Positions 9,077 to 18,856 of a stretch of 34,646 bases of DNA are shown piece by piece (positions within the stretch are counted from its first letter, which is position 1; each line of letters begins with the position of its first letter). The notes below the pieces were generated by a model, which was not told the origin of the DNA, did not search any database, and was given only the letters and a program-made list of their open reading frames with translations. A program made the position numbers and the translations under genes. Origin of the DNA: an uncultured delta proteobacterium (lineage in GTDB: Bacteria; Desulfobacterota; WTBG01; CAIYCZ01); assembly GCA_963803975.1 (NCBI GenBank), contig CAWDOY010000007.1:1-34646 (forward strand), written 5' to 3'.

Positions 9077-10605
9077 ACCAGAACAGCTTCTGGGGCAACC
9101 TGAGCGCGTTTCTGGCATTGCTGCTGGACAACGTGGGAAACCTGGTATTTTTGAGCTCTATCCTCATTTTCACCTTTCACTATCCAGCGGACCTTGTGCT
9201 CTTCCGCATGATACCGGGCACTGCGCTGGGAGTGCTGTTCGGCGACCTGACGTATACGGTCCTGGCGCGCCGTTTGCGAAAAAAAACCGGGCGCAGTGAC
9301 GTGACCGCCATGCCCCTGGGGCTTGATACACCGTCAACCATCGGCATCGCCTATGCGGTGCTGGGGCCAGCGTACCTTGCAACCCATGATGCTGTGCTTG
9401 CCTGGAAAATCGGCATGGCGAACCTCTTCATTATCGGTGTGGTCAAGGTCTGCACCTCGTTTTGCGGCAGCATGATACAGCGCGTTATTCCCACGGCAGG
9501 GCTGCTGGGCTCAATTGCCGGCATTGGCCTCTTGTTTCTCGGCTTTCTTCCGCTCATTGAAATCTTTACCGTCCCCGTTGCCGGCATGGTTGCGCTGGGA
9601 ATTATGTTTTATGTGCTGATCGGCAGGATGGACCTGCCCTACCGGTTGCCGGGAATTTTTGTCGCGGTGGTCATCGGAACGATTGTCTATACCGCGCTGG
9701 GATCTGGCGGTTATATCCCGGCCTACCGTCCGCCGGAGTTTGCCATGCACGCATCACTGCCGCATTTCAGCGCTGGGTTTCTCGCTGAGCTGCCGGCAAC
9801 GCTTAAGTATCTCCCGCTGGCCATACCGTTCGGCATCATCACCATCATCGGCGGCATTAACAACACTGAGAGCGCCCGCCTGGCCGGCGATGATTACCGC
9901 GCCCGGGACATACTCCTCACCGAGGCATTCTCAACCCTCGTTGCTGCCTTCTTCGGCGGCGTGGCACAGACCACCCCCTATATCGGTCATCCGGCCTATA
10001 AAAAGATGGGCGCGACCTGGTGGTATACCCTGGCGACCGGACTTTTTATCGGCCTGGGGGCAATGGCCGGCATTATGTCGATAATTATCGGCCTCGTCCC
10101 AAAGGCGGTGCTGGCGCCAATTTTTATATTCGTCGGATTCGAAATCGTGTCGCAGGCCTATGCATCAGTGCCGATTCAGTATTCTGCAGCGGTGACCTGC
10201 ACCTTTTTCCCCACCATAGCCAACCTCATGGTGGTGCTGCTCGGGCAATTCTTCAGCCAGCTGAAAATCTCTCCCGGGACTTTCCCGCCCGATCTGAAGA
10301 CGCTCTACCAGACGCTTATTATACTCGGCAATGGGTTTATTCTCACGGCGATGCTCTGGGGCGGGATGCTTTCTTCGCTCATTGATAAGAGGCTGCGGCG
10401 CTGCGCAGTATACGCGCTGGTGTGCGCAGCGCTCACCCTGTGCGGGCTCATGCACTCGGTATTTCCGTCAGGAGAAATCTATCTGCCGTGGCATGTACCG
10501 GGATCCCTGCACGGGGAGGTTGCTGTTTCCTATTCTATGCTTGCGGCTTTATTCTGGCTGCTGTCCCTGCAGAAACAGGAAGCTCAAGAACCACTAAAGC
10601 TGTGA
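9073..10605 (+). CDS. NCS2/AzgA-like permease
   Basis: Highly hydrophobic 510 aa; VTAMPLGLDTPS, NNTESA..AGD.Y and TTPYIGHPAYKKMGA motifs; ATGA overlap with the upstream gene. Confidence 0.8.
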   Translation: MNQNSFWGNLSAFLALLLDNVGNLVFLSSILIFTFHYPADLVLFRMIPGTALGVLFGDLTYTVLARRLRKKTGRSDVTAMPLGLDTPSTIGIAYAVLGPAYLATHDAVLAWKIGMANLFIIGVVKVCTSFCGSMIQRVIPTAGLLGSIAGIGLLFLGFLPLIEIFTVPVAGMVALGIMFYVLIGRMDLPYRLPGIFVAVVIGTIVYTALGSGGYIPAYRPPEFAMHASLPHFSAGFLAELPATLKYLPLAIPFGIITIIGGINNTESARLAGDDYRARDILLTEAFSTLVAAFFGGVAQTTPYIGHPAYKKMGATWWYTLATGLFIGLGAMAGIMSIIIGLVPKAVLAPIFIFVGFEIVSQAYASVPIQYSAAVTCTFFPTIANLMVVLLGQFFSQLKISPGTFPPDLKTLYQTLIILGNGFILTAMLWGGMLSSLIDKRLRRCAVYALVCAALTLCGLMHSVFPSGEIYLPWHVPGSLHGEVAVSYSMLAALFWLLSLQKQEAQEPLKL

Positions 10606-11280
10606 CTGCTCAAGGTTCTCCAGCATGATGATCAGCTTGTCCGCTGGCGTTGCCAGGGTGAGCTCATCCGGAGCAAGCTTCAACGCCCTGCGCCAGGCGC
10701 GGTCGCTAATAGTGAAGATGGGTTCTTTGTTAATGATGACCTGGGGCAGGAGCATCCGGCAGGCGCCCATGCCGGCAAAGCCTTTTATGAAACTCCCGGT
10801 AGCATAGCAGTAGGCACGCGTCAGCAGGTGAATCTGCTCCGGCGTGCCGAACAGGACCAGCGCGTCAGGGTCAGGAACACTGCCGAACGGCCCGATGATA
10901 ACCGCCCCGCATTTCTCTGCAAATTGCGGAAACAGCGCTGCTGCCTGCTGCTCGGACCTGTTTTGAATCTCCTCGCTGGGGAAAATATTAATCGCGGCGG
11001 TGTGATACTCATCGCTTGACGTGCGCTCCTCATCGCTCATCTGCGCGAGCCCCGGATCAAGCCCGGTTGCCGCGCAGCCCAGCGTGCAGACGTGATCCTT
11101 CAGGGTCGTGTAGAAGGTCTTCTCTTCTTCAATAGCTTCTGCCATCATGTAGCAGATGTTGTTCATGTCCGCGTATGCTGTGATGCCGGCCGGCTCATGC
11201 TGTGAGCGCCGCAGAGCAATAACGTTCTTTTTAATGCCCAGCGTGCCGTGCAGCATGGACAGTATTGTTGTCTGATCCAT
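10594..11280 (-). CDS. DUF169 family protein
   Basis: Spaced Cys pattern (ICYMM, CTLGCAATG, GAC), PDPDALVLFGTPEQIHLL, and DELTL. Confidence 0.75.
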   Translation of the reverse strand: MDQTTILSMLHGTLGIKKNVIALRRSQHEPAGITAYADMNNICYMMAEAIEEEKTFYTTLKDHVCTLGCAATGLDPGLAQMSDEERTSSDEYHTAAINIFPSEEIQNRSEQQAAALFPQFAEKCGAVIIGPFGSVPDPDALVLFGTPEQIHLLTRAYCYATGSFIKGFAGMGACRMLLPQVIINKEPIFTISDRAWRRALKLAPDELTLATPADKLIIMLENLEQSQL

Positions 11281-11345
11281 AATAAATACCCCTGGGAAAA
11301 GTATTAAACTTTACATTTTTCCGTTTATGTTTTAATACCTTGGGT

Positions 11346-12590
11346 ATGGAGAATATATCAACCGTTGTCGAAAGTAAAGCCTGCAGCGGCTGCGGCATGT
11401 GCGTTGCCGCATGCCCGGTTAATGCCATATCCCTCACTGAGCATTCCATACCCGCGGTGGCAGATGACTGCACTGAATGCGGGATCTGCGTGGAGATGTG
11501 CCCGCGCACGGAAATGCCCTATACTGCTATTGAGCGCGAGCTGGCCCGGAAAAACGGCGCTGACCAGCACGACCCTCTTATCGGCTGTTACACGCACATA
11601 TGCCTTGAGCAGGTATTAAACGATGCCATCCGCACCCGCTCCTACTGGGGAGGGGCAACCACCGCGCTGCTCGCCTACCTGTTCGAGCAGGGGCATATTG
11701 ACGCAGCGCTTCTGACGGACAAGGCGCACGATCTGTTTTACTGCTCCCACGCAAAGCCGCGCGTCGCAGCATCCCCCGCGGACGCGGTTGCCTGCGCGTT
11801 CACCAAGCCCACGGTAACCCCGCAGCTGGCGCGCCTGCCAATAGCGGGCAGAAGCGTTGCCGTGGTCGGAACTTCCTGCCACCTGGAGGCCATCCGGAAA
11901 GCCCAGTATCTTGCCGACCATGGCACGGTCGCAAAAAAACGCTGCCGGGAACTGACCGGAAACATCAGCTTTCTGCTCGGGCTCAACTGCTTTTTTGCCA
12001 ATACCTATACCGGAGTTGACCAGCAGCTGCAGCGCTTGGGACTGCAGGAAAAAGATATCAAGCGGTTCTTCTATGCCACGGGCATACCATCGGTGGAGTT
12101 GTTTGACGGCACCATTAAGGAAATCCCCGAGGGCAATACAAATTTTTCAGCGCTCAACCTCGGCTGCCTGCTCTGCTATCCATCCTACACCGCGCGCCTT
12201 TCTGATGTCACCTTCGGCAAAACCATGTCTGAAGAATGGGGCTGGAATGATGTGATCTGCAGAAGCAAGAAAATCGCAGGGCTGTTACAGGAAATGGAAG
12301 GCCAGGGGATTATTGAAACGCGCACGCCTGTTGACGGCGGGACCGAGATGCTCGAATCCCTGCTCGAGGCGCAGGTTTTCAGCGTGGATGCCATGGGCTA
12401 TGCCGCCTTTGTTGAAACCGGCAGTTTCAACCCGGACGAGGCAGCCACGGCAATGCTCAACCGGCCCGGCGGCACCATTACCGGCACCAACCGGCTGCGG
12501 CTTATCCAGGCGGTGCGAAAATACTCCTTTTACGAGCCGGCTGTTGCGGCACGGAAGGCAAAGGGCGTCTTTGTGCCGGTACTTACCTGA
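11346..12590 (+). CDS. Coenzyme F420 hydrogenase/dehydrogenase beta-subunit (FrhB/FdhB)-like flavo-Fe-S protein with N-terminal 2x[4Fe-4S]
   Basis: CSGCGMCVAACP and CTECGICVEMCP; GGATTALL, VVGTSCHLEAIRK, LGLNC, GCLLC...SDVTFG. Confidence 0.82.
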   Translation: MENISTVVESKACSGCGMCVAACPVNAISLTEHSIPAVADDCTECGICVEMCPRTEMPYTAIERELARKNGADQHDPLIGCYTHICLEQVLNDAIRTRSYWGGATTALLAYLFEQGHIDAALLTDKAHDLFYCSHAKPRVAASPADAVACAFTKPTVTPQLARLPIAGRSVAVVGTSCHLEAIRKAQYLADHGTVAKKRCRELTGNISFLLGLNCFFANTYTGVDQQLQRLGLQEKDIKRFFYATGIPSVELFDGTIKEIPEGNTNFSALNLGCLLCYPSYTARLSDVTFGKTMSEEWGWNDVICRSKKIAGLLQEMEGQGIIETRTPVDGGTEMLESLLEAQVFSVDAMGYAAFVETGSFNPDEAATAMLNRPGGTITGTNRLRLIQAVRKYSFYEPAVAARKAKGVFVPVLT

Positions 12591-12593
12591 TGC

Positions 12594-13079
12594 TTAAGAT
12601 ATCAGCACTCCCAGAAAAACGCCGACCATGGCAAGCGCAATAATAAGCTTACCGATGGCCCCGCCGACAAAGCCTACAAGGGTACCAAATCCAATCTTCA
12701 TTGAGGTGCCTATGGTCCTGCCGTAAAGAAGCTCTCCTGCCAGTGCGCCGATAAACGGTCCTGCTATAATGCCTAACACGCCTCCCGCAAAAAGCCCGAT
12801 CAAGCCCCCCGCAACAGCACCGGCAACACCCCACCGGCTGGCGCCATATTTTTTAGCTCCGATAATCGTCGCCAGATACTCTACCATCTGGCTCAGCAGG
12901 GTGAGCGCAAAAAGCACCAGCAGCACTCCCCAGGTAATGACCGTAAAGTCGGTGTACCATGCATAGATGAAAGCCCCGAGCAGTATCAGTGGGGAGCCGG
13001 GAAGCATCGGCAGCACAGATCCAATTAAACCGGCACTGAAAAGAAGAACGGTTATTAAAATAATAAGAGATTGTTCCAT
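12594..13079 (-). CDS. DUF456 family membrane protein
   Basis: GSVLPMLPGSPL, GAKKYGASRWG and GIIAGPFIGALAGEL are typical of DUF456. Confidence 0.88.
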   Translation of the reverse strand: MEQSLIILITVLLFSAGLIGSVLPMLPGSPLILLGAFIYAWYTDFTVITWGVLLVLFALTLLSQMVEYLATIIGAKKYGASRWGVAGAVAGGLIGLFAGGVLGIIAGPFIGALAGELLYGRTIGTSMKIGFGTLVGFVGGAIGKLIIALAMVGVFLGVLIS

Positions 13080-13194
13080 AAAACATGCTCCTTGATGGCT
13101 TTATTATACACCACGGCTGCCATTAATTATAGAAGCATTGCGTGCTCTGTGCTATAATCTGATAAACAATAGCACTCACCAGGAGACCTTTTCT

Positions 13195-13665
13195 ATGAGC
13201 ACTGCCAAGCAGCAGGTTTCTGACTTGCTTCCCTGCCCGGTCGTTTTTATCAGCACCATTCATGGTGAAAAGCGTGACATAATGACTGCGACTGCCCTGT
13301 TTGTTTCAGAAAAAGAGCCGCTGCTCACCGTGAGCGTGGCAAAACGCCATCTCACCAGCAAGCTGATTGAGCGGTCAGGCACGTTCACCCTTATTATTGC
13401 TTCTGAGAGCCAGAAAGAGCTTGCCCTGAAACTGGGAAGCGTGAGAGGTGATGAAGAGGACAAGTTTCAACTGTTTTCCATAAAAACCCTTCCCGCAGAG
13501 CCGGGAAAGCCCCTCGTTCCCGCTGATGCTTCAGCATGGCTTGCGTGCAGGGTGATCAGCAGGCAGGATATAGATGGCTATTACGTGCTGTTAGCGCGGG
13601 TCTGGAGCAAAAGGATTTCAATAAGCCCCCGCTTCTCTGGCAGAACAGCTCTTTTTCGGACTTAA
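13195..13665 (+). CDS. Flavin reductase-like FMN split-barrel protein (probable frameshift near 13600)
   Basis: PCPVVFIST, VSEKEPLLTVSV, GSVRG..DKF, AWLACRV. The expected KPPLLW C-terminal motif is in another frame. Confidence 0.82.
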   Translation: MSTAKQQVSDLLPCPVVFISTIHGEKRDIMTATALFVSEKEPLLTVSVAKRHLTSKLIERSGTFTLIIASESQKELALKLGSVRGDEEDKFQLFSIKTLPAEPGKPLVPADASAWLACRVISRQDIDGYYVLLARVWSKRISISPRFSGRTALFRT

Positions 13666-13683
13666 ACCATTATAATATTTTCA

Positions 13684-14721
13684 GTGCGCTGCAAAATGCC
13701 AAACCCTAACCCCGAATCCCGAATCCCTGTCTTGGCCGCCTGCTCATCTGCTGCACGCTCTGCCGGCTGTGACATAGAAAAACGGCCGCTTGAGTTCCCT
13801 TTTGACCACGGCCCGCATTTCAACGCAGTGAATGAGTGGTGGTATTTTACCGGTGACGTAATAACCGCTCAGGGAAAGACGCTGGGTTTTGAATTCACCA
13901 TTTTCAAGCGTTTGATTTCAGCGGAAAAAGGCTTTGCCTACCTCGGTCATTTGGCCGTGAGCGATCCTGACACGAAGCAGCATGCTTTTGTTGAAAAAAC
14001 GACCAGCCCCCCTGTTGCGGGTATTGAAGAGGGCAAAACAGAAATAATTGTTAAAAACTTTTCCTGTCAGTTTGCAGAAGCAACAGGTTTCCACATCAAG
14101 GCAGAGACAGACAACCTGTCAATTGATGCCGTGCTGGTACCTGAGCGCGCGCTGTTGCCCCATGGAGAAGACGGGCTCATCACCATGGGAGACGGCAGAA
14201 GCTCTTACTATTACTCGTTTACCAACCTTGCAACCATTGGCACGCTTACCGTCAATAATACTGAATATACCATCGCTTCCGGCCGCACCTGGATGGACCA
14301 CCAGTGGGGAAATTATACCGTGCTGGGGATGAAGTGGGACTGGTTCTCTCTGCGCCTTGATGACGGCAGCTCGCTCATGCTCTTCCAGTTCAGGGATATC
14401 TTTGATAAACCCACCATAAAAAACTGGACCTATCAGGCAGCAGCAGGCTCAGTCACGCATGGCGCCGATTTCTCAGCGCTGGCTGCCCGCCGGTATAAAG
14501 AAGAAAAGGGCCACAGCATATATCCGGTTGACTGGACCATAGAGGTTCCCGGTCTTGATGCGAAGTTTCAGGTCAGCCCGCTGTTTGATGAACAGAGCTT
14601 ATATGATGTTATGACACCAGATTACTGGGAAGGTCTCTGTTCTGTTGCAGGGATAATGGAGGGCAAGGCGGTACATGGGGCTGCCTATGTAGAGTTGACG
14701 GGGTATGAAAAGACTAACTGA
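13684..14721 (+). CDS. AttH/CrtC-like lipocalin-fold protein, probable lipoprotein (start uncertain)
   Basis: FPFDHGPH..EWWYFTG, SYYYSFT, WMDHQWG, WDWFSLRL, YWEG, YVELTGY; SAGC lipobox-like motif. Confidence 0.85.
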   Translation: MRCKMPNPNPESRIPVLAACSSAARSAGCDIEKRPLEFPFDHGPHFNAVNEWWYFTGDVITAQGKTLGFEFTIFKRLISAEKGFAYLGHLAVSDPDTKQHAFVEKTTSPPVAGIEEGKTEIIVKNFSCQFAEATGFHIKAETDNLSIDAVLVPERALLPHGEDGLITMGDGRSSYYYSFTNLATIGTLTVNNTEYTIASGRTWMDHQWGNYTVLGMKWDWFSLRLDDGSSLMLFQFRDIFDKPTIKNWTYQAAAGSVTHGADFSALAARRYKEEKGHSIYPVDWTIEVPGLDAKFQVSPLFDEQSLYDVMTPDYWEGLCSVAGIMEGKAVHGAAYVELTGYEKTN

Positions 14722-14767
14722 AGGTCCCTGCTTGGTTATAAATAGTGGTGACGTGTGAGCTGCCTGG

Positions 14768-15223
14768 TTATGTGTCAGGCTGAATCAGATTATCGAGAAC
14801 AAGTCCGTGAAAGCTCTCCCGGTCCGGGGCACTGTACTGCCAGCCGAGATGTGTACCGCAGGAGCTGCACATGGCAAGCCTCCATCTGTATCCCGGAAAC
14901 CAGCTGAACTCCTCTGTTGCCTGCCCCGCATAGCCGCATCCTGGCGCTGCCCGGAAACAGCCGATCTCAAAAATAATGCCATAGGGGTTGCAAAAGGCGT
15001 GCTGATGCATGCCCTGCACGTCAATCCGTTCACGCGGACTGGTGATGCCATGCCCGCACTGCGCGCAGCGGACTGCTTTTTCTTCTTTCTTGTGCGCCTC
15101 ATCTTCAGTGTCCGCGCGCTGCTCTCCCCTTCCTTCCGGAAGCGGGATGCGCAGGCAATAACAGGAGGGAATGCTATCACTATTCTGGTCAATCATGGAA
15201 GAAGGTAGCTCACTGAAATTCAT
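14768..15223 (-). CDS. Cereblon family (CULT domain) protein
   Basis: CAQC...CSSC zinc ligands, NPYG, FSWFPGYRW and HLGWQY (three-Trp cage). Confidence 0.9.
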   Translation of the reverse strand: MNFSELPSSMIDQNSDSIPSCYCLRIPLPEGRGEQRADTEDEAHKKEEKAVRCAQCGHGITSPRERIDVQGMHQHAFCNPYGIIFEIGCFRAAPGCGYAGQATEEFSWFPGYRWRLAMCSSCGTHLGWQYSAPDRESFHGLVLDNLIQPDT

Positions 15224-15237
15224 TCACCGCAGAGGCC

Positions 15238-15329
15238 GCCCCTCGGCCATGAGCAACTCGGCCTTGTCTTCGACCCTGAGGCTCAGACCCGAAGGGAGCT
15301 CGTTGCCGAAAGGCTCGGGGCCGAATGGC
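15238..15329. repeat. Nested REP-like palindromic element
   Basis: Three nested inverted-repeat layers: TCGGCC/GAGC ... GCTC/GGCCGA; TCGGC ... GCCGA; CTTCG-ACCCTGAGGCTCAGACC-CGAAG. Confidence 0.6.
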
Positions 15330-15495
15330 TGAGACAGCAGATAATTTTCTCCTGCAGGCTTTGCGCAGTCTGCGTGCGTGTGCAGAATAAGTATGTTCTT
15401 ACATAGTGGTAACGCATAGGACTATCCTGACCCGGTCTTGCAACAACATTTCACGTTGCACAAGAGAAAAGAGAAAATCGCTGCCAGTGAAGGGA

Positions 15496-17703
15496 TTAAA
15501 ACTCTGGTTTGAAAACAAGAATACTGAGCGGCGGCAGGACGATAGTGATGGAACAGGGCTTCCCGCTCCAGGGAATCGCATCAGCCTGCACGCCGCCGCT
15601 GTTTCCCCTGTTGCTTCCCCCGTAATGTGCTGAATCGCTGTTAAGAAGTTCCCGATAAAAGGCGGGCTGCGGAACGCCGATGCGGTAATCAAGGCGCGGC
15701 ACCGGGGTGAAATTGCAGGCCACCACCACAAAGTCCCGCGGGTCGTGTGCCTTCCTGATAAAGGAAATAATGCCGGCGTCAGCATCATGAAAGTCGATCC
15801 ACTCAAAGCCGCTGTACTGGAAGTCAATCTCATAGAGGGCCGGCTCTGATCGATAGAGGTGATTTAAGTCCCTGACAAAGTTCTGCAAAGAGCGGTGCGG
15901 AGGGTAGGCAAGCAGGTGCCAGTCAAGGCTTGCGTTGTGGTCCCATTCAGACCACTGGCCGAAATCATTGCCCATAAAAAGATGCTTTTTCCCCGGATGG
16001 CAGAACATGTAGCCGAAAAGAAGGCGCTGGTTGGCAAATTTCTGCCACACATTACCCGGCATTTTACCAAGCAGCGATCCTTTGCCGTGCACCACTTCAT
16101 CATGGGAAAAGGGAAGAATAAAATTTTCGTAAAAGGCATACAGCAGGGAGAAGGTGAGATGGCTATGATGATATTTGCGGTGTACCGGGTCTTTGGAAAA
16201 GTATTCAAGCGTATCGTTCATCCAGCCCATGTTCCACTTCAGTCCAAACCCGAGTCCTCCCAGGTAGGTGGGCCGCGACACGCCCTGCCAGGCAGTTGAC
16301 TCTTCTGCGATCATGAGCACGCCGGGTAAATAGCGGTAGACGATTTCATTTAACTTTTTCAGAAACGCAATAGCCTCAAGGTTCTCATTGCCGCCAAACT
16401 GGTTGGGCACCCATTCGCCGGGCTCCCGTGAATAATCGAGGTAGAGCATGGAGGCAACCGCATCAACCCGCAGTCCGTCAAAATGATAGGTATCAAGCCA
16501 GAACAGCGCGCTTGAGATTAAAAAGTTGCTCACCTCGTTGCGCCCGTAATTAAACACCAGGGTGCCCCACTCCCGGTGCTCCCCTTTCCGGGTATCTGCA
16601 TGTTCATACAGGCAGGTGCCGTCAAATTGTGCCAGTGCATGGGCATCTTTGGGGAAATGCGCCGGCACCCAGTCAAGTATGACGCCGATGCCATGCTGAT
16701 GGCAGCGGTCGATAAGGTACATCAGGTCTTCGGGTGCGCCGAAACGGGGTGTAGGGGAAAAGTAGCCGGTGACCTGGTAGCCCCAGGAGGCATCGTAGGG
16801 ATGCGCTAAAACCGGCAGGAACTCAATGTGGGTGTAGCCCATCTCCGTCACATAGGCAATGAGCTTCGGCGCCAGCTCGCGGTAGGTGAGAAAGCGGTTG
16901 TCTTCTTCAGGCACCCGCATCCACGAGCCGAGATGCACTTCATAGACCGAGATCGGCTGCTTCAGGGGGTCAGACGTGTCCCGCCGCTCTATCCACCGGC
17001 TGTCCTTCCATGCATGGGTATCGAGAGCGTATACGATGGACGAGGTTTTGGGCCTGGTCTCAGAGTAAAAGGCATAGGGGTCTGCTTTTGTAATAAGGCT
17101 GCCATCCCGGGCTTTAATTTCATATTTATAAAGCTCGCCTTCTGCCAGCTCCGGTATAAACAGCTCCCAGATCCCGAAACTGCCCCGCACCCGCATGGGA
17201 TGACAGCGCCCGTCCCAGCCGTTAAAGTTGCCGACAACACTCACCCGGAGCGCGTTTGGCGCCCACACCGCAAACAAAACTCCCGCCACGCCGGCGTGAA
17301 CCATGCTGTGCGCGCCAAGTTTCTCATATATTTTATGGTGGTTGCCTTCTGCAAAGAGGTGCAGGTCATAATCTGCAAGCACCGGCGGCAGGCAGTAGGG
17401 GTCAGGGAAGATTTTTGTTGCCCCGCTGCTGGCGATAGTTCTAATGGTATAAGGAAAAAACGTGCTCTTGTTTTTGATCAGGCATTCAAAGAGCCCTTCA
17501 TTATGAATTTTGCTCATGGGAATTTCTTCCGGCGTCTTCTCCCCCGCAACGACAAACGCCTTATCTGCCTCGGGAAGAAAGGCCCTGACCACCAGCGCCC
17601 TTTTACCACCAGACTCTGCTTCATGCATGCCAAGCACACTGAATGGATCATGATGCTCGGCAGCAATAATTTTTTTAATATAGTCCGGGTGAACCTTTTT
17701 CAT
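15496..17703 (-). CDS. glgB: 1,4-alpha-glucan branching enzyme
   Basis: [59 protein letters not shown]. Confidence 0.98.
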   Translation of the reverse strand: MKKVHPDYIKKIIAAEHHDPFSVLGMHEAESGGKRALVVRAFLPEADKAFVVAGEKTPEEIPMSKIHNEGLFECLIKNKSTFFPYTIRTIASSGATKIFPDPYCLPPVLADYDLHLFAEGNHHKIYEKLGAHSMVHAGVAGVLFAVWAPNALRVSVVGNFNGWDGRCHPMRVRGSFGIWELFIPELAEGELYKYEIKARDGSLITKADPYAFYSETRPKTSSIVYALDTHAWKDSRWIERRDTSDPLKQPISVYEVHLGSWMRVPEEDNRFLTYRELAPKLIAYVTEMGYTHIEFLPVLAHPYDASWGYQVTGYFSPTPRFGAPEDLMYLIDRCHQHGIGVILDWVPAHFPKDAHALAQFDGTCLYEHADTRKGEHREWGTLVFNYGRNEVSNFLISSALFWLDTYHFDGLRVDAVASMLYLDYSREPGEWVPNQFGGNENLEAIAFLKKLNEIVYRYLPGVLMIAEESTAWQGVSRPTYLGGLGFGLKWNMGWMNDTLEYFSKDPVHRKYHHSHLTFSLLYAFYENFILPFSHDEVVHGKGSLLGKMPGNVWQKFANQRLLFGYMFCHPGKKHLFMGNDFGQWSEWDHNASLDWHLLAYPPHRSLQNFVRDLNHLYRSEPALYEIDFQYSGFEWIDFHDADAGIISFIRKAHDPRDFVVVACNFTPVPRLDYRIGVPQPAFYRELLNSDSAHYGGSNRGNSGGVQADAIPWSGKPCSITIVLPPLSILVFKPEF

Positions 17704-18122
17704 TAATGCCTTGCGTCGGTTATACGTTGGGGAGCAGGGAGGTGCGGAGCAATAAAAAATATGACACGAATACTCCAGAACCCCGCAGCCTCATCCTTTG
17801 TAACTCTTACACTCTTTATCACAAAAAAACAAGTGCGTCCCCTTTATAAACGCTTATCGAAATCATTTATATAAAATTTCATCATATGGGGCTATTGGTT
17901 TTTAATGACTATCTTAATAGAGTAACATATGTAAGTTGCAATTTCTGATGTGATAGATACTGACAACTTTGATATAAAGTCTGAAATTTAAGCGGGTAAT
18001 ACGGACCACAATATATGGCACGAAGTCTATACGCATCATTAGTTAATTAGTGACACAATATCTTGATAAATATTCCTCTTTAGTAATATCCCCAGACCTA
18101 TTCAAATAATAATTAATAGTTC

Positions 18123-18151
18123 TTGCTATTCAGAAACAGCTATGCTATTTA
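18123..18151 (+). promoter_or_regulatory. Putative sigma70 promoter for the csp leader
   Basis: TTGCTA-N17-TATTTA with an extended -10 TG, about 220 nt upstream of csp. Confidence 0.4.
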
Positions 18152-18252
18152 TAGACCAACATAAACAGTACACCGTTTGTTGAGCTTTTGAAATCCTGCA
18201 ACTGGATTTGTTTCACTAAAGTTATTTAAAACATCGTAGTAGAACAAAACTG

Positions 18253-18295
18253 ATCGCAACCATGGTATATCGCTCACCCTGTGGTTGCGATTTTT
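18253..18295 (+). terminator. Terminator-like hairpin in the csp 5' leader
   Basis: ATCGCAACCA...TGGTTGCGAT 10-bp stem followed by TTTT. Confidence 0.5.
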
Positions 18296-18369
18296 GCATT
18301 TAAGGGCACTTCATACAGGATGTACAAAATTCATCCGCTATCAGCGGATAAAAGAAGGGATTTTATACA

Positions 18370-18570
18370 ATGAATAATGGAACAGTAAAATGGTTTAACG
18401 AATCAAAGGGATTTGGCTTTATTGAACAGACTGATGGAGAGGATGTGTTTGTACACTTCTCAGGTATCAACGGTGCCGGCCATAAAAATCTTGCCGAAGG
18501 TGACCAGGTTTCCTTTGACGTTCAGCAAGGCCCCAAAGGTCTTCAGGCTGTAAACGTCAGTAAGCTTTAA
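18370..18570 (+). CDS. csp: Cold-shock protein
   Basis: [15 protein letters not shown] (RNP1), DVFVHFS (RNP2), [10 protein letters not shown]. Confidence 0.97.
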   Translation: MNNGTVKWFNESKGFGFIEQTDGEDVFVHFSGINGAGHKNLAEGDQVSFDVQQGPKGLQAVNVSKL

Positions 18571-18587
18571 TCTTACCAGACGACTTT

Positions 18588-18627
18588 AAAATTCCAGTCT
18601 GCTGAGCGACAGACTGGAATTTTTTTT
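18588..18627 (+). terminator. Intrinsic terminator of csp
   Basis: AAAATTCCAGTCTG-ctgagcga-CAGACTGGAATTTT plus a T-run. Confidence 0.9.
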
Positions 18628-18856
18628 AAACAAGCTTTTGTCTGTATCGGACAATGACATATTATCCCCGCAGACAGTTCATGCTGTTATTTTTTAAAGC
18701 AGCTATACTGTTGCATAATGATAGCTGGTATGTTATCCAATATCAGTATGACTGCGGTCAATAGTGTTTGTGAATAAACACTCCCACCTTCCCGTAAGAC
18801 ATCAAACAGCACAAATAAAAACTTTCAGCAAAACCCACAACGCATAAGGAGGAAAT

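Noticed and set aside
16828..17706. 292-aa + strand ORF
   Set aside because: Antisense shadow of glgB with no motifs.
18016..18031. Sigma54 promoter at TGGCACG (also 33522)
   Set aside because: The -12 TTGC element is missing (CTAT/CTAC instead).
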